Below are positions 30,498-38,748 of a stretch of 38,757 bases of DNA, in pieces. The position numbers were made by a program, and so were the translations under genes. Every line of letters begins with the position of its first letter. Positions within the stretch are counted from its first letter, which is position 1. Origin of the DNA: a virus. The stretch lies in the IMG/VR virus record IMGVR_UViG_3300027037_000001; one strand, given 5' to 3'. A model generated the notes under the pieces. It saw only the letters and a program-made list of their open reading frames with translations. It had not been told where the DNA came from and ran no database searches.

Positions 30498-31395
30498 GTC
30501 TGCCAAAACGACACCGCCGACCGATCCGGTAGCTGCCGCTAACGCGCAGACAGCTTCGGCTATCGCAACGGCTAACTATGATGCCAAGCTCAACCGATAC
30601 GACCAGAACACGCCGACTGGATCGGTAACTTGGCAGAATGTAGGCACGGATACGAATCCAAAGTGGGTTCAGAACACATCGCTTGCTCCGGGCCAGCAGC
30701 AGATCCAGAACAACAATACGAACGCGCAGATAGGCACATCGAATCTGGCGAATCAGCTGGTTGGAAATTCCTTCCAGTATCTCAACAGACCAGTGGATCC
30801 ATCAGGGCTACCCGCCATCCAAAACACCGTCAATGGCGGAAATCTGGATCAGGCTAGACAGCAAGCTCAGGACGCGGTTTACAAGCAGCAGACATCGATG
30901 CTGGATCCGCAATACCAACAGCAAGAGGAGCAGCTTCGCGCTCAATTAGCCAACCAGGGCATCACCCAAGGCTCCGAGGCGTACAACAACGCCATGGATA
31001 ATTTTAGCCGTCAGAAGGATTTTGCCTACTCACAGGCGAGAAATTCGGCTGTGACGGCGGGTAATGACCTAGCCAACCAGCAGTTCGGACAGGGCGTGCA
31101 GTCGGCGCAATTGAATAATTCAGCAGCATTGCAGGGCCTTAACAGCCTGTTTTCGTTGCGCGGGAATGCTCTCAATGAGATCCAGTCTCTGCTTGGTGGA
31201 TCCCAGGTCAACACCCCGCAGGTTTCTCAACCGGGTCAGATCAATACGGCAAACACCGATGTAGCTTCGAACTTTTACGCGTCGCAGCAGCAGGCTCAAT
31301 CCAACGCGAACGCCAAGAATGCGGCGGACAATGCAAACACTCAGGCCGGGGCGTCGATTCTTTCGGCAGTGCTCATGGCTGCAATGATGGCGTAA
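30490..31395 (+). CDS. Putative internal virion/ejection protein, Q/N-rich, hydrophobic C-terminus
   Basis: 301 aa. The product ends in GASILSAVLMAAMMA. Its position in the ejection-protein block supports the call. Confidence 0.6.
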   Translation: MGKSAKTTPPTDPVAAANAQTASAIATANYDAKLNRYDQNTPTGSVTWQNVGTDTNPKWVQNTSLAPGQQQIQNNNTNAQIGTSNLANQLVGNSFQYLNRPVDPSGLPAIQNTVNGGNLDQARQQAQDAVYKQQTSMLDPQYQQQEEQLRAQLANQGITQGSEAYNNAMDNFSRQKDFAYSQARNSAVTAGNDLANQQFGQGVQSAQLNNSAALQGLNSLFSLRGNALNEIQSLLGGSQVNTPQVSQPGQINTANTDVASNFYASQQQAQSNANAKNAADNANTQAGASILSAVLMAAMMA

Positions 31396-31404
31396 GGAAT
31401 AACC

Positions 31405-31755
31405 ATGGCCGACTATCCGATGATGACATCGCAGCCTTATGGGCCTTTTGGCTTGGGCGGCGTCAACCCCCAGCAGCAGAATATGGCAGGCGGCAACCCG
31501 TATATGCGGGCACCAACCGCGGCCGATCAGGTCGGACCGAATGGTGGGGGCCAAGGAGGGCCCATTCCTTTGGGCCAGCCCGACGCCAATGGCGTGACGT
31601 TGGCGCAACTCCAGTCGCCAAATGGTGGCGCCACGCTGGCGCAGAAACAGGCTCTCGCCATGGCGCTGATGAATGCCACGCAGGGGCATGACCCGAATGT
31701 GGGCGCGGTCAAGCCGCTCGGTTCGCTGCCGCCCGGCATCCTCCAGGGGGTCTGA
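31405..31755 (+). CDS. G/P/Q-rich low-complexity protein, 116 aa
   Basis: ORF-track entry located between internal virion protein genes. Confidence 0.55.
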   Translation: MADYPMMTSQPYGPFGLGGVNPQQQNMAGGNPYMRAPTAADQVGPNGGGQGGPIPLGQPDANGVTLAQLQSPNGGATLAQKQALAMALMNATQGHDPNVGAVKPLGSLPPGILQGV

Positions 31756-31757
31756 TC

Positions 31758-33602
31758 ATGGCAAATGCGCCCGGCATGATCGCCTTGGGAGCTAGCCCCA
31801 AAGGGGTCATCTCCCCTGATCTGGCCTTTCAGCAGGCGCAATTGCAGCGCCGGCTGGCGCTTGCCCAGCTTCTTCAGGAGAATGCCAAGGAAGCCAGCGG
31901 GGCGTATTCGTCACTCAACGGGGCGCGTGTCGTACCACGTATGGGATTCGGCCCAGGTCTCGCGCAAATCGCCCAGACGTTGCTTGGTGGCTATGAGCAA
32001 AAGAAGGCGATCGGAAGTCAAGCCGAGCTCGCTCAAAAGCAGGCCGATGCCCAGAAAGCCGCTGCCGCCGAGGCGTATGGTGGTGGATCGTCGGGAGTCA
32101 ACCCGAATATCGGATTGTCTCCGGCCGCGTTCGCTGCATGGGTGCAGCAGGACCCGGCGGGCGCGTACAAATTCGCCGCCGAACACCAGGCGCTCACCGA
32201 CACGAACCGCGAGTACACCCAGCAGGGCCTATCGCTCCCGGATGTGGGTGGACTGCACCGTGCTGAAATGGTCAACAAGGGAACCCAGACGTTCCAGCCT
32301 GGCACGACGAACATCATTCCTGGCGTACAGGCTCCTTTTGTCGCCGCGGACTTCGGCAAGGGCACCACGGGTGGATACGACCAATCCGGGCAGCCGGTGC
32401 TCCAGCCCATCCAGGGAGCTCAAGGAACGCTGGCTGGCCTCGCTGGCGCCCAGCAGGCCGCGCAGTCGGCTAACACTATCCTGCCTAATGTGACGCTATC
32501 CAATGGCGCCACGACCCCCATGTGGGCGGGTCAAGCCGCAGGCGGTTCGGCACCTACGGGATTCGGTGCGCAGATCCAGGCCGAGTCGGGCGGCAATCAG
32601 GGTGCGGTATCTCCGGCAGGTGCGCGTGGCGTAGCCCAGCTGATGCCAGCGACGGCGAGAGAGTACGAGAAAAAGATGGGATTCCCGCCGGGCTCATCGG
32701 ATACCGACCCGCAGATCAATGCCAAGATCGGCGCTCAGTACATGAGCGAGATGACCGACAAATACACCAAGCTTGCTGGCGGCAATCAGGCGGCGGGCGA
32801 AGCGCTAGCGCGCATGGCGTATAACGCTGGCCCGGGCCGCATCGATGACTGGATGAAGAAGGGCATGGACCCGGCTGCGCTGCCGCAGGAAACCCAGGAT
32901 TACAACGGCCGCGTCAACGATGCGGCGAGTCGGCTTCCTGAGCCTGTGCCCCAGGCGCCGGGTGCCGTGGGCATCGGCCAGTCCACGCAGGACAAGGCGT
33001 TGTCGGAGAAGCGCGCCGGTACGGTGGCCGAGATGGAGCAGGACATCAACGACAAAGCGGCGTCGGCACAGGCCAAGTTGGCGAACAACAAGAAGCTGTT
33101 GGAATTGCTGCCCACCGTCAACACGGGCCCGATGTCCGAGCAATTGGCGAAGGCGAAGAATTTCTTGCATCAGGTGGGCTGGACGGGTGCCGACCCGTCG
33201 AATTTCCAGGAACTGCAAAAAATCATGCAGCAGTCGGCGCTTGAGTCGGCCAAGCAAGTCTACGGCAACCGCATCACGAATGCCGACCTTATGACGTTGC
33301 CGATGTGGACTCCTAGCGCGACCATGACGGAGAACGCGCTAAAGGTGATCGTCGGCATGGACAACCTCCAGCAGGAACGCAACCTCCAGCGCCAGACCGT
33401 GTACAACGAATACCGCAACCAGGGCGGTGACCTGAACCAGTTTCCGTCGTATTTCAACCGGAACTACGGCAACCAGGGCGTGGCCGCTACGTCGTCTGTC
33501 GAGCCTGGCGCCAAGCCGGTCATCACGCCGTCGCCCAGCGCATCGTCGGCCAAGGTGTTCCGGTATAACCCATCCACCGGCAAGCTGGAGCCCCAGACGT
33601 GA
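31758..33602 (+). CDS. Internal virion protein with soluble lytic transglycosylase (SLT) domain
   Basis: Contains QIQAESGGNQGAVSPAGARGVAQLMPATA...AYNAGPGRI, which covers the E-S, GxxQ and AYNAG SLT motifs. Confidence 0.8.
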   Translation: MANAPGMIALGASPKGVISPDLAFQQAQLQRRLALAQLLQENAKEASGAYSSLNGARVVPRMGFGPGLAQIAQTLLGGYEQKKAIGSQAELAQKQADAQKAAAAEAYGGGSSGVNPNIGLSPAAFAAWVQQDPAGAYKFAAEHQALTDTNREYTQQGLSLPDVGGLHRAEMVNKGTQTFQPGTTNIIPGVQAPFVAADFGKGTTGGYDQSGQPVLQPIQGAQGTLAGLAGAQQAAQSANTILPNVTLSNGATTPMWAGQAAGGSAPTGFGAQIQAESGGNQGAVSPAGARGVAQLMPATAREYEKKMGFPPGSSDTDPQINAKIGAQYMSEMTDKYTKLAGGNQAAGEALARMAYNAGPGRIDDWMKKGMDPAALPQETQDYNGRVNDAASRLPEPVPQAPGAVGIGQSTQDKALSEKRAGTVAEMEQDINDKAASAQAKLANNKKLLELLPTVNTGPMSEQLAKAKNFLHQVGWTGADPSNFQELQKIMQQSALESAKQVYGNRITNADLMTLPMWTPSATMTENALKVIVGMDNLQQERNLQRQTVYNEYRNQGGDLNQFPSYFNRNYGNQGVAATSSVEPGAKPVITPSPSASSAKVFRYNPSTGKLEPQT

Positions 33603-35737
33603 CGGACATCATCGTCAAATTGCCGGATGGATCGGAGGCGCATTTCCCGGATGGGACGGCACCGGATACGATCCAGTCTGCCTTGGCGGCGCAGTTTGGC
33701 GCGCCTAAGCCCGAGGCGCAGCCCATGTCTTTCATGGATCGCATCAACCAGGGCGCCCAGGGCGTCAACAAGGGCGTCGCAGGACTCGCCGATTCGTTCC
33801 TCGATCTCCCGCAGAACCTATGGAATCTATCTAAGGCTGGCGCGGGTCTGGCGAATGAGGGGCTGTCCAAGCTGACGGATGGAGCGATACCGTTTGATGC
33901 CTCCAATTACGACATGGAACGCGGCTTCGGTGCGGTGGATGCGAATGGGCAGGCCCAGCACCCCGCAGCGCAACTGTTTCGCCAACTGGGTGGCATTCAG
34001 GACCGTTACGATCCGACCGACTTACAGGGCCGGCTTCTCGATACGGCGGGGCAAGTCATTGGTGGTGGCGGGGTCAACCCCCAGGCGATCGCGCGCGCGG
34101 CGGAAACGGGCCTCCCGGCACTGGCTGGCGAGCTCGGCCGACAGGCGATGCCTGCGGTTGGCGCCACGGTAGGTAAGGAGACCATGCATCAGGCCGCTCC
34201 TGATTCTCAGGGCGCTGCATTGGTGGGCGCACTGCTTGGTGGTGGCATCGGCTCTGGGGCGCAATTGCTTCGCCCCACGGTCGGCACGACCGCCGCAGAT
34301 GCGATGCGTACGGTCACCCCTGCTCAGGCACAGGAGGCGGATGCGCTGGTTCGCCAGAGCCATGCCATGGGCGCCCCTGTCACCGGTGCCGAGGCACTGG
34401 CATCCGTCCAAGGCGCGAACCCCTTGCAGCGCGTTCAGCGCGTAGTGGAGTCGTCACCCGGCGGATCGTCGGTCATGGACGCGTTCATGTCGAAGCGCCC
34501 TGTCGGTGCAGCCAGCGCGGTAGCGGGCGCTGCCGAAGGCATCAGCCCTGGCATGGGCATGGTTGACCCTCTTGCCGTTCCTGGGCGCGTACAGGGCGCC
34601 GCGACGAAAGCCATTGGTGCTGCCCAGCAGCAACGTAGCGCACTGGCGAGCCCATTCTACAAGGCAGCGGAGTCCGACAAGATCCCCTTCCCCGTCGCCA
34701 ACGCCAATCTGAAGTCGGTCATCCAGCTGTTGCAGGCCAAGGGGCCGCAAACGGATGTCGGCGGGTTCATCAATCAGTACGCACGCCAGTTGGCCCCGGG
34801 TGGGTTCCCGGAGACGAATGTCGGCGTGCTGGACAATATCTACAAGGCGACCCGAGAAAAGCTGGATGTGCCGATCAGCCCGGACGGATCGCCGATCAAG
34901 AACATATCCGGCGCGGTCAGCCCGGCGAATCGCGCGCTGGGAGACCTCCTTGCCCAGCACAGCCCCAATTTGGCTCAGGGTCGGCAGACTTACATGGACG
35001 CCACCCGAGATATCGTCAACCCGGTGCAGAATTCCCCCGTGGGCCAGATCGCCGCGCTTAGCGAGGATTCGACGCCACAGGCATTGTCTTCTGGTATCAA
35101 GTCCGCGTTGCAGATCGATGCCAAGCCGGTAGGCATCGACCCGAATCAGATCCGCTACACGGCGGGGAAGATGGCCGAACAAGATCCCACGGCGCTGGCC
35201 GATTTCGCCAAGCAGCACATTCAAAATGCATGGGACGATGCGAACAAGTTCATCCGCGGCACCACTCCACAGTTCTCCGGCGCCCGATTCGCGCAGGCGG
35301 TGGCAGGCAACAGGGCTCAGCGAGCCAACCTGACGGCGCTCGTCGATGGCGCCGCTGGACCTCAAGCTGCGCAGGGCCTGGAGAACGTGCTAGACGTCTT
35401 CAATGCGCAGGCCAAGCGGCTTGAGCCGGGATCAGCGACGGCATTCAACCAGCAGGTAGCCGATGAATTGGCCGGTGGTGGCATTGCGAACAAGGTTGCT
35501 GGCGCCGCATCGCCCAAGGCGTGGGTCGAGTGGGTCGAGCGGTTCCGTTACGCTAAGAACGCCAAGGAATTCGCCGAAGTCCTCACCTCGCCGGATTCGA
35601 TCAGCCGTTTGCAGAAGGTCGCGGAGTCGTTCGGCTCTCGGTCGAAGCGCGTCGCGAAGCAAGGTGCGCTGTCTGGTATTTCTGCCACGCGCGATCAATA
35701 CGACGCTGATCCGAACGCTTCTGCCAGCCCCCCGTGA
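33599..35737 (+). CDS. Large internal virion/DNA-ejection protein (putative)
   Basis: 712 aa with a GTG start overlapping the previous stop (GTGA). It is A/G/Q-rich. The function is inferred from position. Confidence 0.65.
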   Translation: MTDIIVKLPDGSEAHFPDGTAPDTIQSALAAQFGAPKPEAQPMSFMDRINQGAQGVNKGVAGLADSFLDLPQNLWNLSKAGAGLANEGLSKLTDGAIPFDASNYDMERGFGAVDANGQAQHPAAQLFRQLGGIQDRYDPTDLQGRLLDTAGQVIGGGGVNPQAIARAAETGLPALAGELGRQAMPAVGATVGKETMHQAAPDSQGAALVGALLGGGIGSGAQLLRPTVGTTAADAMRTVTPAQAQEADALVRQSHAMGAPVTGAEALASVQGANPLQRVQRVVESSPGGSSVMDAFMSKRPVGAASAVAGAAEGISPGMGMVDPLAVPGRVQGAATKAIGAAQQQRSALASPFYKAAESDKIPFPVANANLKSVIQLLQAKGPQTDVGGFINQYARQLAPGGFPETNVGVLDNIYKATREKLDVPISPDGSPIKNISGAVSPANRALGDLLAQHSPNLAQGRQTYMDATRDIVNPVQNSPVGQIAALSEDSTPQALSSGIKSALQIDAKPVGIDPNQIRYTAGKMAEQDPTALADFAKQHIQNAWDDANKFIRGTTPQFSGARFAQAVAGNRAQRANLTALVDGAAGPQAAQGLENVLDVFNAQAKRLEPGSATAFNQQVADELAGGGIANKVAGAASPKAWVEWVERFRYAKNAKEFAEVLTSPDSISRLQKVAESFGSRSKRVAKQGALSGISATRDQYDADPNASASPP

Positions 35738-35825
35738 ACGAGGATAGTGACATGCCTATCACCTCAAGAATGCTCAGGGTGGCGACGATGACGAGAAAGA
35801 TCAGGAATAGCCATACTATGAACAT
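35601..35825 (-). CDS. Candidate antisense small membrane protein (74-aa ORF; only the first ~25 aa lie outside the opposite-strand gene)
   Basis: A GAGG RBS lies 6 nt before ATG 35825. The N-terminal part is MFIVWLFLIFLVIVATLSILEVI, encoded in the 108-bp lower-GC gap. The remainder is antisense to the 33599..35737 gene and looks non-protein-like. Confidence 0.25.
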   Translation of the reverse strand: MFIVWLFLIFLVIVATLSILEVIGMSLSSFTGGWQKRSDQRRIDRAWQKYQTAHLASRRASTESRTTPRPSANG

Positions 35826-35845
35826 AGGTTACCTCGGAGTAGATC

Positions 35846-36889
35846 ATGCCTTTTAACGGTAATGGCGTATTCAATCGGCTCTATTCCTGGGTCCAGGATG
35901 CCGTCAACGCGATTCCTATTACGGCATCGCGCATGGACCCCGACTCGAACGACATTGCGGCCGGGTTGACCAATTGTGTCACGCGAGACGGGCAGTCGCC
36001 AGCCATGGCGAATCTACCCATGGGCGGTTTTCGACACATCAATGTCGCTAACGCCGTGAACCCGAACGAGTACATCGCTTTCGGTCAGGCCGAGGCGCGC
36101 TATTTCCCCATTGCTGGAGGCACGTTTACCAACCCTGTCATCTTCAACGGAGGCATAACGACCAACGTACTGGTGTCCACGGGGGCGATTACGGGGACGG
36201 GCATTACGGGGACATCCCTGATTTCATCGGGAGGCCTTGGATCAGCTACGTCAGTCACGGTTGCCAACACTTCGGCAGGGGGGCGAAGCTGGTCTGTCTT
36301 CACGGCAGGGAGCAGCGGTGTATTACCTGCGGGAAATTTCGGCGTTTTCGACAACACGGCTGGCTTCACCCGTATGTCTATCGACAACTCGGGTACCTGT
36401 ACGCATTTCGGCCCCCTTACGGTATCGATGAACAGCGCCAACTCAACACCGATGACGCTCACCAACACGGCCTCGGGTGCTCACAGCTATACGCTGGCCT
36501 CCTCTGGCGGAGGCCCAGCTCCCACCGGGTCGTTCGTGCTGTTCGATAACTCGGTCGGTACAAACCGCATGGTTATGGATGGATCAGGAAATACGACCTT
36601 CAACGTCTCTCTTTCCTCGCCACTGATCATTCAGACCTCGGACGCCCGGCTTAAGGATGTCATCGGCGAGTTCGCTCCACGGGACCTGACCGGAATAAGG
36701 ATTGCCGAATATACATGGAAGGATGGCGGAAAGTACGCCGTTAGCCCTATTGCACAGGAGGTGGCAGAGCTTGCGCCTGAGTACGTCCACGAGGGCACTG
36801 ATGGCGTTCTCGGGGTAGATAAGGCTGGACTGGCCTTGGAGCGCGTCGCCTTCCTTGAAGGCGTGCTCAGGAAGGCGGGTATGCTATGA
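35846..36889 (+). CDS. Tail fibre with C-terminal intramolecular chaperone (Peptidase S74) domain
   Basis: The N-terminal part is FNRLYSWVQDAVNAIPITASRMDPDSNDIAAGLTNCVTRDGQSPAMANLPMGGFRHINVANAV, a classic fibre N-terminus. The C-terminal part is SDARLKDVIGEF...SPIAQEVAELAPEYV...LGVDKAGL, the S74 autoproteolytic domain. Confidence 0.85.
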   Translation: MPFNGNGVFNRLYSWVQDAVNAIPITASRMDPDSNDIAAGLTNCVTRDGQSPAMANLPMGGFRHINVANAVNPNEYIAFGQAEARYFPIAGGTFTNPVIFNGGITTNVLVSTGAITGTGITGTSLISSGGLGSATSVTVANTSAGGRSWSVFTAGSSGVLPAGNFGVFDNTAGFTRMSIDNSGTCTHFGPLTVSMNSANSTPMTLTNTASGAHSYTLASSGGGPAPTGSFVLFDNSVGTNRMVMDGSGNTTFNVSLSSPLIIQTSDARLKDVIGEFAPRDLTGIRIAEYTWKDGGKYAVSPIAQEVAELAPEYVHEGTDGVLGVDKAGLALERVAFLEGVLRKAGML

Positions 36890-37371
36890 CACTACCAGCT
36901 ACCCCTCCTATCAGTATGTCGCAGATTTTCGCCGAGTTTGGGGCGCCTGCCGGGACTTCACTAGGATCGTTTTTGCGTGGCGGTACCTATGTCCCCAATA
37001 CGTCGCCAAATGCAGGCGTGCCCGCCTCACTACCCATTTCCATGGGCCAATTGTGTGGTGCATCGGCCTATACACCCATGGTGGTTTCGGCTCCAAATGT
37101 TAATGGGGATTCGTGGCCGGGATCCAACGCAGTATTCGGCAATAGTTCATCGTCGGTGACGGGCGGGATAGGTCCGTTCAGTTTCGCGTGGACACAAATA
37201 TCCGGCGCAACCTTTACCATCGACACGCCGACGGCGGCATCGACCAACTTCCGGCGCCCCGGCAATCCGCCACAAGGCACGTTGGCTACCGGGACGTATC
37301 GCATCACCTACACCGACTCAACCGCGGCCACGGCATTCAAGGACATCACCGTCACTGATACACGAGCGTAA
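36886..37371 (+). CDS. Tail-fibre-associated/receptor-binding candidate, 161 aa
   Basis: Has an ATGA overlap. The N-terminal motif ISMSQIFAEFGAPAGTSLGSFLRGGTYVP...LPISMGQLCG is common in phage tail proteins. The C-terminal part looks Ig-like. Confidence 0.6.
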   Translation: MTLPATPPISMSQIFAEFGAPAGTSLGSFLRGGTYVPNTSPNAGVPASLPISMGQLCGASAYTPMVVSAPNVNGDSWPGSNAVFGNSSSSVTGGIGPFSFAWTQISGATFTIDTPTAASTNFRRPGNPPQGTLATGTYRITYTDSTAATAFKDITVTDTRA

Positions 37372-37419
37372 TTTGTAGAGCCAGGCCATGGAGGCACCGG
37401 CAACATGCAGGGGTAGCCC

Positions 37420-37740
37420 ATGACTGTCATCAAAGGAGACATGGAAGGCGCCAAGAATTGGCAGTCATTCCGAACCATTATTGAGACCATCATTTGCGCA
37501 GGCATCTTATGGATCTTACGCAGCGTATCCAATGGGCACGATGAGTCCATTGCGATACGCGCACAGCTTGACCAAATCAAAACGGACAACGTGGCGATCA
37601 AATCCGCCCTGGACAAAATACCCGGACTCGACACACGAGCAACGCGAATGGAAGTCACCATTGATGACCTCAAGCGGCGCATGGATGCCGTTGAAAGCAG
37701 GCCAAAACCTAGCGAACCATTGAAAGGGTGGCAACGATGA
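37420..37740 (+). CDS. Membrane-anchored coiled-coil protein, 106 aa (lysis-cassette associated)
   Basis: Has one TMD (FRTIIETIICAGILWILRSV) followed by a helical region. An ATGA overlap leads into the holin gene. Confidence 0.55.
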   Translation: MTVIKGDMEGAKNWQSFRTIIETIICAGILWILRSVSNGHDESIAIRAQLDQIKTDNVAIKSALDKIPGLDTRATRMEVTIDDLKRRMDAVESRPKPSEPLKGWQR

Positions 37741-38000
37741 ATATCCGTGAATTGTTCGTAGCCGACGTCTCCAAGTGGTGGAAGATGTGGAGCGTCTGGA
37801 TCTTCGGCGCCGTTGGCGTGCTTCCTGATGCCTACAACAGCATCGCAGCCATGGGCTGGCTGGATGAGTTGCCGACTCCGGCGAAATGGATCCTGCGTGG
37901 ACTGGCGGCGACTGGCATCGTGTTCAGGCTGATGCGTCAGAAGCCACGGGGCCGCATGGAAGGCGAGACCACTCCATCGTCCGATGAGGTATCCAAGTGA
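37737..38000 (+). CDS. Holin (two TMDs, putative class II)
   Basis: ATG 37737 overlaps the upstream stop. The TMDs are MWSVWIFGAVGVL and WILRGLAATGIVFRLM, followed by a charged C-terminus. It lies immediately upstream of the endolysin. Confidence 0.65.
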   Translation: MNIRELFVADVSKWWKMWSVWIFGAVGVLPDAYNSIAAMGWLDELPTPAKWILRGLAATGIVFRLMRQKPRGRMEGETTPSSDEVSK

Positions 38001-38452
38001 TGGATGGCAATGCAAAGGCGTTCATGGACGTGCTGGGTTTCACCGAAGGTACCGATCGCGTGCCGGACAGCGATGGTGGGTATAAGGTCGTGGTGGGTGG
38101 ATCATTGTTTTCATCGTATGCGGACCATCCTCGGCGTAAAGTGTGGATTCCTCGGTACAAGGTGTGGTCGTCGGCAGCAGGCCGCTATCAGATGATTATT
38201 CCCACGTGGGACGCGCTGCGCCGCCGGTTATCGCTGCCGGATTTTAGTCCCGAATCACAAGACCGCGCCTGCGCTGAACTGCTTAGAGAGTGTGGCGCCA
38301 TGGACAGGATGGACGACGGCGATCTGGATGGCGCTGTGTCCGACGCATCGAAGCTGTGGGCGTCGCTCCCTGGGTCCAGGGCAGGGCAGAGGGTTGAACG
38401 GATGGACGCTATCAGGGCCGTATACACGAAGTCTGGCGGGGTGGTGAAATGA
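37997..38452 (+). CDS. Endolysin, lambda R-like lytic transglycosylase (GH104)
   Basis: Contains NAKAFMDVLGFTEGTD...YKVVVGGSLFSSYADHP...SSAAGRYQ...LPDFSPESQDRA...KLWASLPG..AGQ, which matches the lambda R pattern. The start is GTG 37997 or ATG 38000. Confidence 0.85.
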   Translation: MMDGNAKAFMDVLGFTEGTDRVPDSDGGYKVVVGGSLFSSYADHPRRKVWIPRYKVWSSAAGRYQMIIPTWDALRRRLSLPDFSPESQDRACAELLRECGAMDRMDDGDLDGAVSDASKLWASLPGSRAGQRVERMDAIRAVYTKSGGVVK

Positions 38453-38748
38453 TTGCTCTGTGGTGGTCCAAGATATCCAAGTACGTGATCTTCATTGGCG
38501 GGGCGCTCCTGGCCGTGCTGGCGGCGCTGGCCTATGGCCGAAAGAAGGGATCGGATGCCGCCACTTCTGCGGCCGCTGACAAGGCCGATGCCGTGCAGGC
38601 AAGGCAGGAGGCCGCTACCGCTACCGTGAAAGCCGATAACGCCGAGGTGCGTCATGACGTCGAAACCGAAATACGGGCTCAGCCTGTTAGCCCTTCCGTT
38701 CCTAATCCTAGCGCTGATAAGTTGCACGATTCCTGGTCAAGGGACTAA
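38449..38748 (+). CDS. i-spanin (Rz-like)
   Basis: Has an ATGA overlap with the endolysin. The N-terminal TMD is ISKYVIFIGGALLAVLAALAY, followed by an A/D/Q-rich helical periplasmic part. The o-spanin start lies inside this gene. Confidence 0.7.
   Translation: MIALWWSKISKYVIFIGGALLAVLAALAYGRKKGSDAATSAAADKADAVQARQEAATATVKADNAEVRHDVETEIRAQPVSPSVPNPSADKLHDSWSRD

Noticed and set aside
34454-35365. 303-aa minus-strand ORF
   Set aside because: It is antisense to the 712-aa ejection-protein gene in a unidirectional, tightly coupled operon. Its Arg-rich shadow composition supports rejection.
35846-37371. Diversity-generating retroelement targeting the fibre genes (as in BPP-1-like podoviruses)
   Set aside because: No reverse-transcriptase-like ORF and no template/variable repeat pair are visible anywhere in the window.
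37308-38015. 235-aa minus-strand ORF across the holin region
   Set aside because: The plus strand here encodes a coupled TMD protein and a holin leading directly into the endolysin. The minus ORF has no supporting signals.
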